Of a stretch of 64,000 nucleotides of DNA, positions 52,950 to 61,158 are shown in pieces. How positions within the stretch are numbered: position 1 is the first letter of the stretch; the number at the start of each line of letters is the position of its first letter. The position numbers were made by a program, and so were the translations under genes. Source of the stretch: Actinomycetota bacterium (lineage in GTDB: Bacteria; Actinomycetota; Thermoleophilia; Gaiellales; F1-60-MAGs149). The notes beneath the pieces are model-generated. The model saw only the letters and a list, made by a program, of their open reading frames with translations, searched no databases and was not told the origin of the DNA. Location of the stretch: the NCBI GenBank assembly GCA_016870485.1, contig VGBM01000001.1, positions 97,786 to 161,785 on the forward strand, in the 5' to 3' direction.

Positions 52950-54538
52950 GCGGCGCGCTCCTCCTGCGCGGCGGCCGCGTCGTCGACGGCTCGGGCGCGC
53001 CGTGGGTGCGCGCCGACGTCCTCGTCCGGGACAGCCGGATCGCCGCCGTCGGACGCGTCGACGACGCCTCCGCGGAGGTCGTCGACGTCGACGGGCTCAT
53101 GGTCTGCCCGGGCTTCATCGACATGCACACGCACTCCGACCTCGTGCCCCTCTACGACCGCGCGCACGCCTCCAAGGCCCTGCAGGGCGTCACGCTCGAG
53201 GTGATCGGCCAGGACGGCCTCAGCCTCGCGCCCGCCACGGCGGGCGTGGAGCAGGAGCTCGCCGAGGCCCTCGCCGGCTGGAACGGCGCGCCCGACCTCG
53301 AGCGCGGCTGGCGCAGCGTGGCCGACTACCTCGCCCGCTTCGACGCGGGCGTGGCCACGAACGTGGCCTTCCTCGTGGGGCACGGCACGCTGCGGATGAT
53401 CGCGATGGGGTCCGCCGAGCGCGCGCCCGCGCCCGACGAGCTCGAGACGATGCGGCGGCTCCTGCGCGAGGCCCTCGCCGACGGGGCGTTCGGCCTGTCG
53501 GCCGGGCTCACCTACGCCCCCGGGATGTACGCCGATGACGACGAGATCGTGGCGCTCTGCTCGGCGATGGCCGGCACGGGCGCCTTCTACTGCCCCCACC
53601 ACCGCTCCTACGGCCGGGGCGCCGTCGAGGCCTACGCGGCCGCGATCGCCTGCGCCGAGGCCGCGGGCGTCCCGATCCACCTCGCCCACACGCACCTCGG
53701 GTTCACGGTCAACGCGGGCCGCGGCCCCGAGCTGATGGCGATCATCGACGACGCGCGGGCGCGCGGCGTCGACGTCACCTTCGACACCTATCCGTACCTC
53801 GCCGGCAACACCTACCTGCACAGCATCCTGCCCGGCTGGGCCTTCGAGGGCGGCACGGACGCCACGATCGCGCGCCTGCGCGACCCCGACCTGCGCGAGC
53901 GCCTGCGCGTCGAGCTCGAGGAGGAGGGCACCGACGGCTTCCACGGGGTGCCCGTCGACTGGTCGTGGATCGTCGTCGGCGGGACCGGCGACGAGGCCAA
54001 CGCCTGGGCCGTGGGCCGCTCCATCGCCGACCTCGCCGGCGAGCGCGGCGAGCGGCCCGTCGACCTCTTCTGCGCGCTGGCGGCCGACGACCGGCTGATG
54101 GCCACGGCGCTCCACCACGTCGGCAACGAGGAGCACGTGCGGCTGTTCATGCGCCACCCCGCCCACACGGCGGGCAGCGACGGGATCCTCGTCGGCTCGC
54201 GGCCGCACCCGCGCGGCTGGGGCACGATGCCGCGCTACCTGGCCCACTACGTGCGCGAGCTCGGCGTGCTCGGCCTCGAGGAGGCCGTCCGCCACATGAC
54301 CTCCGCGCCGGCGCAGCGCCTCGGCCTCTGGGACCGCGGCCTCGTCCGGCCCGGCATGGTCGCGGACCTCGTCGCCTTCGACCCCGAGCGGGTGCGCGAC
54401 ACCGCCACCTACGAGGACCCGCGCCAGGCGCCCGAGGGCATCCCGCACGTCTGGATAGCCGGCGAGGCGACGGTGCGCGACGGCGAGCGCACGGAGGCCC
54501 TGCCGGGCCGCGCCCTGCGCTCGCGCTTCGGGGCCTAG
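52946..54538 (+). CDS. N-acyl-D-amino-acid deacylase (D-aminoacylase) family amidohydrolase
   Basis: GTG 52946 (GTGA overlap). 530 aa: LLLRGGRVVDGSG, GFIDMHTHSD, ...HLAHTHL.... This is the C-terminal part of track ORF 52112-54538. Confidence 0.85.
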   Translation: MSGALLLRGGRVVDGSGAPWVRADVLVRDSRIAAVGRVDDASAEVVDVDGLMVCPGFIDMHTHSDLVPLYDRAHASKALQGVTLEVIGQDGLSLAPATAGVEQELAEALAGWNGAPDLERGWRSVADYLARFDAGVATNVAFLVGHGTLRMIAMGSAERAPAPDELETMRRLLREALADGAFGLSAGLTYAPGMYADDDEIVALCSAMAGTGAFYCPHHRSYGRGAVEAYAAAIACAEAAGVPIHLAHTHLGFTVNAGRGPELMAIIDDARARGVDVTFDTYPYLAGNTYLHSILPGWAFEGGTDATIARLRDPDLRERLRVELEEEGTDGFHGVPVDWSWIVVGGTGDEANAWAVGRSIADLAGERGERPVDLFCALAADDRLMATALHHVGNEEHVRLFMRHPAHTAGSDGILVGSRPHPRGWGTMPRYLAHYVRELGVLGLEEAVRHMTSAPAQRLGLWDRGLVRPGMVADLVAFDPERVRDTATYEDPRQAPEGIPHVWIAGEATVRDGERTEALPGRALRSRFGA

Positions 54539-55740
54539 CCGAGTGCCGCCGCGATCCGGTCGAGCACCGGCAGCGGCATCAGCCCGTAGTGGTAGAGGTC
54601 GAACCGGCGGCAGCCCGCGGCGCGGGCCAGCTCGGCCTTCGCCCGCAGGTTGGCGGCGTCGTCGCAATCCGGCCCGAACGGCCGCACGATCGCGGACAGC
54701 GCGCCGTCGCCGAGCGCGGCGCGGTAGGCCGCGAGGTCGAGCTCGACCCGCGCGGGGTCGCGCGCGTAGGCGATCGCCTCCACGGCGCAATGCGGCGCGA
54801 GCGCGCCGACGTCGAGGCCGAAGCGCCAGCCGACTTCGACCGCCGGGCCGCCCGTCGGGAGGCCGTCCGCGTAGCCCTTGGCGGCGCCCGACGAGTCGAG
54901 CAGGGTCAGCGCGCCGCCCTCCTCGCGGCAGGCCGCGGCCACCTCCGCGACGAGCGACGTGACGGCGGCCTCGCGGGCGTCGAGGAGCGCCCCGAGCTCG
55001 CCGCCGAGGAGCGCGGCCGCCTGGTCGCGCGTCTCGACCTCGCCCGTCAGGGGCTCCCCGCGGTCGAGCATGCCCTGCAGGAGGCCGCGGACGCCGGCCC
55101 GCAGCGCGGAACCATCGGCGCCGTGGGCGCCCGCCCCGCCCACGCAGTCGTCGCACAGGCACAGCCCGAGCAGGAGGCGCCCGACCGGGCCCGGCTCGAA
55201 CAGGTGGCGCTCGTGGTGGACGCCGTGCTCGAGGCCGTGGTGGTGGAGGGACTCCGCGAGCACCTCCCCCATCCCCGCCCGTAGAATCGCGCGGGCCAGC
55301 GCCACCGCGTAGGCCCGCGCCGCGGGGCGGCTCGGGCAGAGCTGCTCCGGCAGCGGGTCGCCGAAGGCCGTCAGGTGCGTGCCCGGACCGGGCTCCGCGG
55401 CGTCGACGTGCATGAAGACCGCCCAGCCGTCCACGGTCGCCCCGCGGGCGGCGGCCGCCGCGACGACCTCGCGCACCGCCGCCTCGGTCGCATCGTCGCC
55501 GGCCCTGGTCGGCGTCACGGGACAGCCGTCCCAGATCGCCGGGTCGCGGGCGATCCAGAGGCCCGCCGGGAACGCCCGCAGCCGGGCGCCCCGGGCGTGC
55601 GGGAGGAGATCGCGGGCGGCGTGGTACGAGGCGGCGACGGCGAGGCCGTCGACCCCGGCCCGACCGAGGGCGTCGTCGAGGACCGCGGGCGGCCCCGCAT
55701 CGGCCACGTCGACGGCCGAGCAGAAGAGGGCGGTACGCAC
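54535..55740 (-). CDS. hypothetical protein (401 aa) with a His-rich cluster
   Basis: Protein-like ORF starting 6 nt after the upstream stop. Contains ESLHHHGLEHGVHHERH (7 His in 14 residues, coordinates 55204-55245). No family recognised. Confidence 0.65.
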   Translation of the reverse strand: MRTALFCSAVDVADAGPPAVLDDALGRAGVDGLAVAASYHAARDLLPHARGARLRAFPAGLWIARDPAIWDGCPVTPTRAGDDATEAAVREVVAAAAARGATVDGWAVFMHVDAAEPGPGTHLTAFGDPLPEQLCPSRPAARAYAVALARAILRAGMGEVLAESLHHHGLEHGVHHERHLFEPGPVGRLLLGLCLCDDCVGGAGAHGADGSALRAGVRGLLQGMLDRGEPLTGEVETRDQAAALLGGELGALLDAREAAVTSLVAEVAAACREEGGALTLLDSSGAAKGYADGLPTGGPAVEVGWRFGLDVGALAPHCAVEAIAYARDPARVELDLAAYRAALGDGALSAIVRPFGPDCDDAANLRAKAELARAAGCRRFDLYHYGLMPLPVLDRIAAALG

Positions 55741-55746
55741 CCGGCG

Positions 55747-56550
55747 CTAGAGGACGATGCCGTCCCAGTAGGCCTTGGCGCGGCGCGCCTCGGCGATGCA
55801 CTCCTCGTACGGGGGCCACTGGTAGTCGGTGAACTCGATCTCCATCGAGACCGGGCCGGCGTAGCCGGCCGCGTCGAGCGTGCGCAGGATGCGCGGGATG
55901 TCGATGTCGCCGTCGCCGAGCGGCGGGAAGTCGGCCACGCCCTTGCCGCCACGCTTGTCCTTGAGGTGGACGTGCCCGAGGTGCGGGAGCGCGAGCTCGA
56001 GGTCCTCCTCCGGCACAGCCTCCGTGTAGTAGATGACGTTGCCCGGGTCGTAGTTGATGCCGACCCACGGGTTGTCGATCCGCTCGAGGATGTCGATGCC
56101 GACCTTGGCGGTGGGCAGCAGGTTCGAGTCGGTCTCGATGCAGAGCCGGATGCCCGCCGCCTCGGCCTCCTCCGCGACCGCGTTGACGTTGCGGACGAAG
56201 GCGTCGATCTGCTCCTCGGTCTCCGCGTCGCCCGTGAAGGTGTTGAGCACGCTGATGCCCAGGTCGCGGCCGGCGCGCAGCACGTTCGTGAGGCGCTCGC
56301 GGCCGATGTCGAGGTGGAGCGGCGCATGGCCGCTCATCGAGACGCAGGTGAGGCCGTGCTGGTCGAGCAGCCGCTGGCAGTTGGCGACCTCGGCGGGCCC
56401 GAGGTTGTCGGGGTTGAGGTGCTCGAGGAAGTCCTTGACCGCCCCGATCTCGACGTTCTGGAAGCCGGCGTCGGCGAGGCCGGCCAGGGCCTGCTCGAGC
56501 GTGTAGGGCAGGAAGATGATGGACGAGCCGGTCTGGGTCCAAGCGGGCAT
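55747..56550 (-). CDS. sugar-phosphate isomerase/epimerase (xylose-isomerase-like TIM barrel), copy 2
   Basis: ATG 56550 with a TAGGAGG RBS. 267 aa: GFQNVE, CIETD, HLKDKRGGKGVADFPPLGDGDIDI...GYAGPVSMEIEF. Confidence 0.8.
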   Translation of the reverse strand: MPAWTQTGSSIIFLPYTLEQALAGLADAGFQNVEIGAVKDFLEHLNPDNLGPAEVANCQRLLDQHGLTCVSMSGHAPLHLDIGRERLTNVLRAGRDLGISVLNTFTGDAETEEQIDAFVRNVNAVAEEAEAAGIRLCIETDSNLLPTAKVGIDILERIDNPWVGINYDPGNVIYYTEAVPEEDLELALPHLGHVHLKDKRGGKGVADFPPLGDGDIDIPRILRTLDAAGYAGPVSMEIEFTDYQWPPYEECIAEARRAKAYWDGIVL

Positions 56551-56560
56551 GTCGCGCCTC

Positions 56561-57883
56561 CTAGTCGTCGGTGCCGCACCAGGCGAGGACGGCGAGGGCG
56601 AGCGCCTGCGCCGACAGGGTGAGCTCGTCCACGCGGACGTGCTCGTCGATGCCGTGGGCGATGCGGAGCTCGCCCGGCCCGTAGACGATCGCCGGGATGC
56701 CCTCCGCCTGGTAGAACGTCGCGTCGCAGGCGGCGCCGAAGTTCGACGGGTGGTCGGGCGTCGGGTCGGGCTGGCGGGCACCGCTGGCCGCCGCGTGCGC
56801 GGCGACCATCGTCTGCGTGATCGGGGCGTCCCACGGCTGCTCGTAGCCGGGCCACGAGAGGTGGAAGGTGACCTCCGGCGGGTGCTCGCGCAGCCACGGG
56901 TCGAGCTGGGCCGCATGGTGCACCTGGTCACGGATCGCCTGCTGCACCTCCGCCGGGTCGATCCCGGGGCTGTGCCAGGCCACGTACTCGATCCGGCCGC
57001 GGTCGGCGAGGGACGCGGGGAACGGCATCCCGGCGTCCGCGTGCAGGACGTTCGGGCCGATCGTGAACCAGCCATGTGGGAAGCCCGAGTGGCGCATGTC
57101 GACCGCCCACTGGCGCTCGAGCTCCTGCAGGGCCTGCAGGAGCGGGATGATGCGCTCCACCGCGTTGACCCCGATCGAGGCGCCGGGGCCGCCGGGGCGC
57201 AGGGCGAGCGGGCGGTTGCCGCAGTGGGTCGCCTTGCCGACGATCGCGACCGTGAAGACGAGGGCGCTCGGCGCGACGGAGTTGACGCTGAGGGGCAGCG
57301 GGATCGACGACGGCTCGGTCACGATCGCCGCGTCCGCGCGGTGCCCCGCGCGGATCACGGCCCCGGTCCCGACCTCGTGCTCCATCATCTCCTCGCCGAC
57401 GACGGCGTGGAGCTGCAGGTCGCCCCGCAGGCGCACGCCGCAGTCCTCGAGCGCCTGCGCGACCGCCCACATCGTCGCGCCCGAGCCCTTCATGTCGGTC
57501 GAGCCGATGCCGTACAGGCGCCCGTCGATGATCTGCGGGTCCCAGGGGTCTCCGGTCACCCAGGCCGACGGCTCGACGGGCGACACGGTGTCGACGTGCC
57601 CGTTGAGGGCGAGCGAGCGGCCGCCGCCTGTGCCCCGCCGGGTGCCGACGAGGTTCGAGCGCTCGGGATCGGCCGCCACCCTCGCGGTCTCCAGCCCGGC
57701 GGCCCGGTAGCGCTCCTCGAGCAGGTCGTTGACCCGCGTCTCGCCGCCGATCACCTCGGCGCGCTCGACGCCGGGCAGAGTCGGGTTGCGCGAGTCGATC
57801 CGCACCATCTCGCGCGTCAGCTCGACCGTCTGGTCGGCCAGCTCCTCGATGCGGCGCAGGACCGCCGTCCGGGTGTCCTCCAC
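56561..57883 (-). CDS. M20-family deacylase (ArgE/DapE-type), copy 2
   Basis: GTG 57883 with a GAGGAGGAG RBS. 440 aa: NGHVDTVSPVE, GIGSTDMKGSG, VVGEEMMEHEVGT. Ends ...LAWCGTDD, similar to copy 1. Confidence 0.82.
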   Translation of the reverse strand: MEDTRTAVLRRIEELADQTVELTREMVRIDSRNPTLPGVERAEVIGGETRVNDLLEERYRAAGLETARVAADPERSNLVGTRRGTGGGRSLALNGHVDTVSPVEPSAWVTGDPWDPQIIDGRLYGIGSTDMKGSGATMWAVAQALEDCGVRLRGDLQLHAVVGEEMMEHEVGTGAVIRAGHRADAAIVTEPSSIPLPLSVNSVAPSALVFTVAIVGKATHCGNRPLALRPGGPGASIGVNAVERIIPLLQALQELERQWAVDMRHSGFPHGWFTIGPNVLHADAGMPFPASLADRGRIEYVAWHSPGIDPAEVQQAIRDQVHHAAQLDPWLREHPPEVTFHLSWPGYEQPWDAPITQTMVAAHAAASGARQPDPTPDHPSNFGAACDATFYQAEGIPAIVYGPGELRIAHGIDEHVRVDELTLSAQALALAVLAWCGTDD

Positions 57884-57914
57884 GGGCTCCTCCTCGTGCC
57901 GCGCCGTCGGCGGG

Positions 57915-57920
57915 ATCCTA
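57915..57920 (-). promoter_or_regulatory. -10-like hexamer TAGGAT, 31 nt upstream of GTG 57883
   Basis: Minus strand reads ggacTAGGATcccgccgacggcgcggcacGAGGAGGAGcccGTG. Same geometry as ridA copy 2. Confidence 0.35.
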
Positions 57921-57957
57921 GTCCAGCCGGGCCGTCGCGGGTAGGCCACCCGCACCG

Positions 57958-59547
57958 CTACATGCGCTCGGGTGCGGACACGCCGACGAGGTCGAGGGCG
58001 CGGGCGAGCGCCTCGGCCGTGGCCCGCACGGCGGCGAGCCGGAACGCGCGCACGTCGTCGTCCTCGTGGAGGACGTAGAGGTCGTGGTGGAACACGTGGA
58101 AGTCGCCCGCGAGCTCGTGCGCCCAGGCGACGATGCGGTGCGGGGCGCGCAGCTCGGCGGCGGTGCGCGCGATGTCGGGCCACTCGGCCAGGCGCCGCAC
58201 AAGGGCCGTCTCCGGCCGCTCCGGCACGTGCGCCGTCCCGACGCCCTCCGTCAGGCGCCCCTCGTCGGCCGCCTTGCGCAGGATCGAGGCGCAGCGGGCG
58301 TGGGCGTACTGGACGTAGTAGACGGGGTTCTTGCTGCTCTCCTCGACGGCGAGGTCGAGGTCGATGTCCAGCGTCTGGTCGTGCGAGCGCTGCACCAGGA
58401 AGTAGCGCGCCGCGTCGACGCCGATCGCATCCACGAGGCCGTCGAGCGTGATCACGTTGCCGCGGCGCTTGCCCATCCGCTCGCCCGAGACCGTGACGAG
58501 CTGGTAGATCAGCACCTCGACGGACGCCGGATCGTGGCCGAGGCAGGCCGCGCCCGCCTTGAGCCGCTGGATATAGCCGTGGTGGTCGGCGCCGAGCACG
58601 TAGATCGCGCGCGTCGCACCGCGCGCGAACTTGAGGTCGATGTAGGCGAGGTCGGCCGCGAAGTAGGTGGTCTCGCCGTCGGCCTTCAGCAGGACGCGGT
58701 CCTTGTCGTCGCCGAAGGTGGTGGTGCGCAGCCAGGTCGCGCCGTCCTGCTCGAAGACGTGGCCCTCCCCGCGGGCCCGCTCGATCGCGGCCCCGACGGC
58801 CCCCGACGCGTGCAGCGTCTGCTCGCTCGTCCAGAGGTCGAAGCCGACGCGCATGCGCTCCAGGCTGCCCCGAATCCGCCCCATCATCGTCTCGGTGCCG
58901 AGGCGGGTCCACTCCTCCACGGGCGCGTCGTCGGCGAGGGGCAGCGCCGCGGCGATCCCGACGACCTCCGGGCCGGGGTAGCCGCCCTCGGGCACGTCCT
59001 CGCCGCGTCGGCGCGCGAGCAGCGACGCGCCGAACAGCGCGATCTGGTTGCCGGCGTCGTTGAAGTAGTACTCGCGCACCACCGGTTCGCCCGTGAAGGC
59101 CAGGAGCCGCGCCACGCAGTCGCCGTAGGCCGCGTTGCGCGCCGAGCCGATCGTGAGGTCGCCGGTCGGGTTCGCGGAGACGAACTCGACGAGCGTCTCG
59201 ACCCCCGCCGCGGGCGCGCCGCGTCCGAACGCGGGGCCGGCGGCGAGCATAGCCGCGAGCGCGGCGCGGTACCAGTCCGCGCCGAGCCGCAGGTTCAGGA
59301 AGCCGGGGCCGGCGACCTCGGCCGCGTCGACACCGGGCAGCACCCCCACGACGCCGGCGAGATCCTCGGCGATCTCCCGCGGGGGCCGCGACAGGACGGG
59401 CGCCAGGCGCATCGCGACGCTCGTCGCGTAGTCGCCGTGCTCGGCGCTCGCGGGCCGCTCGAGTCCGAGGTCTGGGACCTCCCCACCGCTGACGCCGCGC
59501 ACGGCGTCCGCGAGGGCATCGTGCAGGTCGCGGATCGGATCGGCCAC
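57958..59547 (-). CDS. argS: arginine--tRNA ligase
   Basis: SANPTGDLTIGSARNAAYGD (degenerate HIGH region), GADHHGYI, and a C-terminal anticodon-binding domain ending ...APERM. Start proposed at GTG 59547. Confidence 0.9.
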   Translation of the reverse strand: MADPIRDLHDALADAVRGVSGGEVPDLGLERPASAEHGDYATSVAMRLAPVLSRPPREIAEDLAGVVGVLPGVDAAEVAGPGFLNLRLGADWYRAALAAMLAAGPAFGRGAPAAGVETLVEFVSANPTGDLTIGSARNAAYGDCVARLLAFTGEPVVREYYFNDAGNQIALFGASLLARRRGEDVPEGGYPGPEVVGIAAALPLADDAPVEEWTRLGTETMMGRIRGSLERMRVGFDLWTSEQTLHASGAVGAAIERARGEGHVFEQDGATWLRTTTFGDDKDRVLLKADGETTYFAADLAYIDLKFARGATRAIYVLGADHHGYIQRLKAGAACLGHDPASVEVLIYQLVTVSGERMGKRRGNVITLDGLVDAIGVDAARYFLVQRSHDQTLDIDLDLAVEESSKNPVYYVQYAHARCASILRKAADEGRLTEGVGTAHVPERPETALVRRLAEWPDIARTAAELRAPHRIVAWAHELAGDFHVFHHDLYVLHEDDDVRAFRLAAVRATAEALARALDLVGVSAPERM

Positions 59548-59590
59548 GGCGGCATGGTCGCAAACGGGCCGCGCCGGCGGCGGCGGTCCC

Positions 59591-60052
59591 TCAGCGGTGG
59601 TAGGGCAGGCCCGCGCGGATCGCGAGCGCCCGGTAGAGCTGCTCCGCGGCGACGACCCGCGCCAGCTGGTGCGGGAGCGTGATGGCACCGAGCGCCAACC
59701 GCTCGGCGGCCCGCTCGAGCACCGCCGCGTCGAGGCCCTCCGCTCCGCCGATCACGAACGCCGTGCGCTGCGGCGGCACCTCCTCAAGCCGACCGACGAG
59801 CGCGGCGAGGCCCTCGGAGTCGATCGCCCGCCCCGCGCGGTCGAGCGCGACGACGGTCCAGCCGTCGAGCGCGCCCAGCAGGCGCTCGCCCTCGCGGCGG
59901 CGGATCTCCGCGGGGGTGCCGCGGTCGAGCGGCTCGTCCTTGACCACCTGGACGTCGAACGCGGCGAGGTGCGCGATCCGCGCCTCGTACTCGGCAGCGG
60001 CCTCCGCGAGCGGGCCGCGAGCGCGCCCGACGACGACGAGCCTGAGCGAGGC
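59591..60052 (-). CDS. rlmH: 23S rRNA (pseudouridine1915-N3)-methyltransferase RlmH (start codon unresolved)
   Basis: The C-terminus has the SPOUT pattern FVIGGAEGL...LALGAITLPHQLARVVAAEQLYRA..IRAGLPYHR. The homologous N-terminus LRLVVVGRARGPLAEAAAEYEARI lies upstream of the first canonical start (GTG 59947). It extends to the TAG at 60053-60055 with no ATG/GTG/TTG/CTG. The minimal canonical ORF is 59591-59947. Confidence 0.75.
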   Translation of the reverse strand, partial: ASLRLVVVGRARGPLAEAAAEYEARIAHLAAFDVQVVKDEPLDRGTPAEIRRREGERLLGALDGWTVVALDRAGRAIDSEGLAALVGRLEEVPPQRTAFVIGGAEGLDAAVLERAAERLALGAITLPHQLARVVAAEQLYRALAIRAGLPYHR

Positions 60053-60358
60053 CTACGCCTCCGGGTGGTCCCCGCCGACCTCGGGGAGGTCGCGGATGCT
60101 CTCGCGGGCCGACCACTTCTCCCAGTTGTCCTGCATCGCGTCGAGCAGCTCGCCCATGAACTGGGGCGAGAGGTTGACGCGGCTGACGACGACGCCCGGG
60201 ATCTCCGGCCCGTCGAACTCGTGGTCGACGCGGGCGAAGGTGATCGTGAACTCGTAATCGGAGTGCGAGACGTTGGCGAAGTTGGCGTAGTGCCCCGCCA
60301 TCTCCTCCGGCGTGAAGTGGATGTTGAGCTGCCGCTCGACGGGCTGGTCGTCGTCCAT
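60053..60358 (-). CDS. DUF3467-like small protein
   Basis: 101 aa: QLNIHFTPEEMAGHYANFANVSHSDYEFTITFARVD.... Family name from memory. Confidence 0.7.
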   Translation of the reverse strand: MDDDQPVERQLNIHFTPEEMAGHYANFANVSHSDYEFTITFARVDHEFDGPEIPGVVVSRVNLSPQFMGELLDAMQDNWEKWSARESIRDLPEVGGDHPEA

Positions 60359-60365
60359 GGGACGG

Positions 60366-60371
60366 AGTCTA
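60366..60371 (-). promoter_or_regulatory. -10-like hexamer TAGACT, 7 nt before ATG 60358
   Basis: Minus strand reads TAGACT-ccgtccc-ATG. Confidence 0.4.
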
Positions 60372-60414
60372 GCCCGCGGGGGCGCCCGGGGTACTCGCCT
60401 ATCCTGCGACCGGC

Positions 60415-61155
60415 ATGCGCGTCCTCGTCGTCTCCGACATCCACGGCAACCTCCAGGCCCTCGAGGCCGTGCTGGAGGCCGAGGGCGACCGCTACGACGA
60501 GCTCTGGTGCCTGGGCGACACCGTCGGCTACGGGGCGCGCCCGAACGAGTGCATCGACCTCGTGCGCCAGCACGCCACGGTGGCCCTGGCCGGCAACCAC
60601 GACCTCGCCGTCCTCAACCGCGTCAATGTCGAGCGCTTCGGCGCCGACGCGGGCCGCGCCGCCCGCTGGACGCGCGAGGTGCTCGGCATCGAGCAGCAAC
60701 TGTGGCTGTCGAGCCTCGAGCCCGACGCCTTCGTCGGCGCCGTCGCGCTCGCGCACGCCTCACCGCGCGACCCGATCTGGGAGTACGTCGTCGACGGTCC
60801 CGGCGCGGCGATCGCCCTCGCCCACGCCCACGAGGCCAAGGTCGTGATGGTCGGGCACACGCACGTACCGATGTCCGCCCGCACGATCGGCGACCGCGTC
60901 ACGGGCGGGCACGCCCCGCCCGGGCGCGAGGAGCTGATCGGCGAGGACGTCCGCATCCTCGTCAACCCGGGTTCCGTCGGCCAGCCGCGCGACGGCGACA
61001 GCCGCGCCGCCTACCTCGTCCTCGACTGCGACGAGGGCGTGCCGGTGCGGATCGAGTTCCGGCGGACGGACTACGACGCCCAGACGGCCGCCCGTGAGAT
61101 CGCCGCTGCCGGCCTGCCGCCCCAGTTCGGGGACCGGCTCCTGTTCGGGATGTAG
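60415..61155 (+). CDS. metallophosphoesterase (calcineurin-like) family protein
   Basis: 246 aa: VVSDIHGN, CLGDTVGYG, GNHD, VGHTH. TATCCT lies 9 nt upstream of the ATG. Confidence 0.85.
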   Translation: MRVLVVSDIHGNLQALEAVLEAEGDRYDELWCLGDTVGYGARPNECIDLVRQHATVALAGNHDLAVLNRVNVERFGADAGRAARWTREVLGIEQQLWLSSLEPDAFVGAVALAHASPRDPIWEYVVDGPGAAIALAHAHEAKVVMVGHTHVPMSARTIGDRVTGGHAPPGREELIGEDVRILVNPGSVGQPRDGDSRAAYLVLDCDEGVPVRIEFRRTDYDAQTAAREIAAAGLPPQFGDRLLFGM

Positions 61156-61158
61156 CGC

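Noticed and set aside
57958-59547. ArgRS lacking a canonical HIGH motif (reads LTIGSAR).
   Set aside because: As I recall, degenerate HIGH regions are known in actinobacterial ArgRS. The rest of the enzyme is intact.
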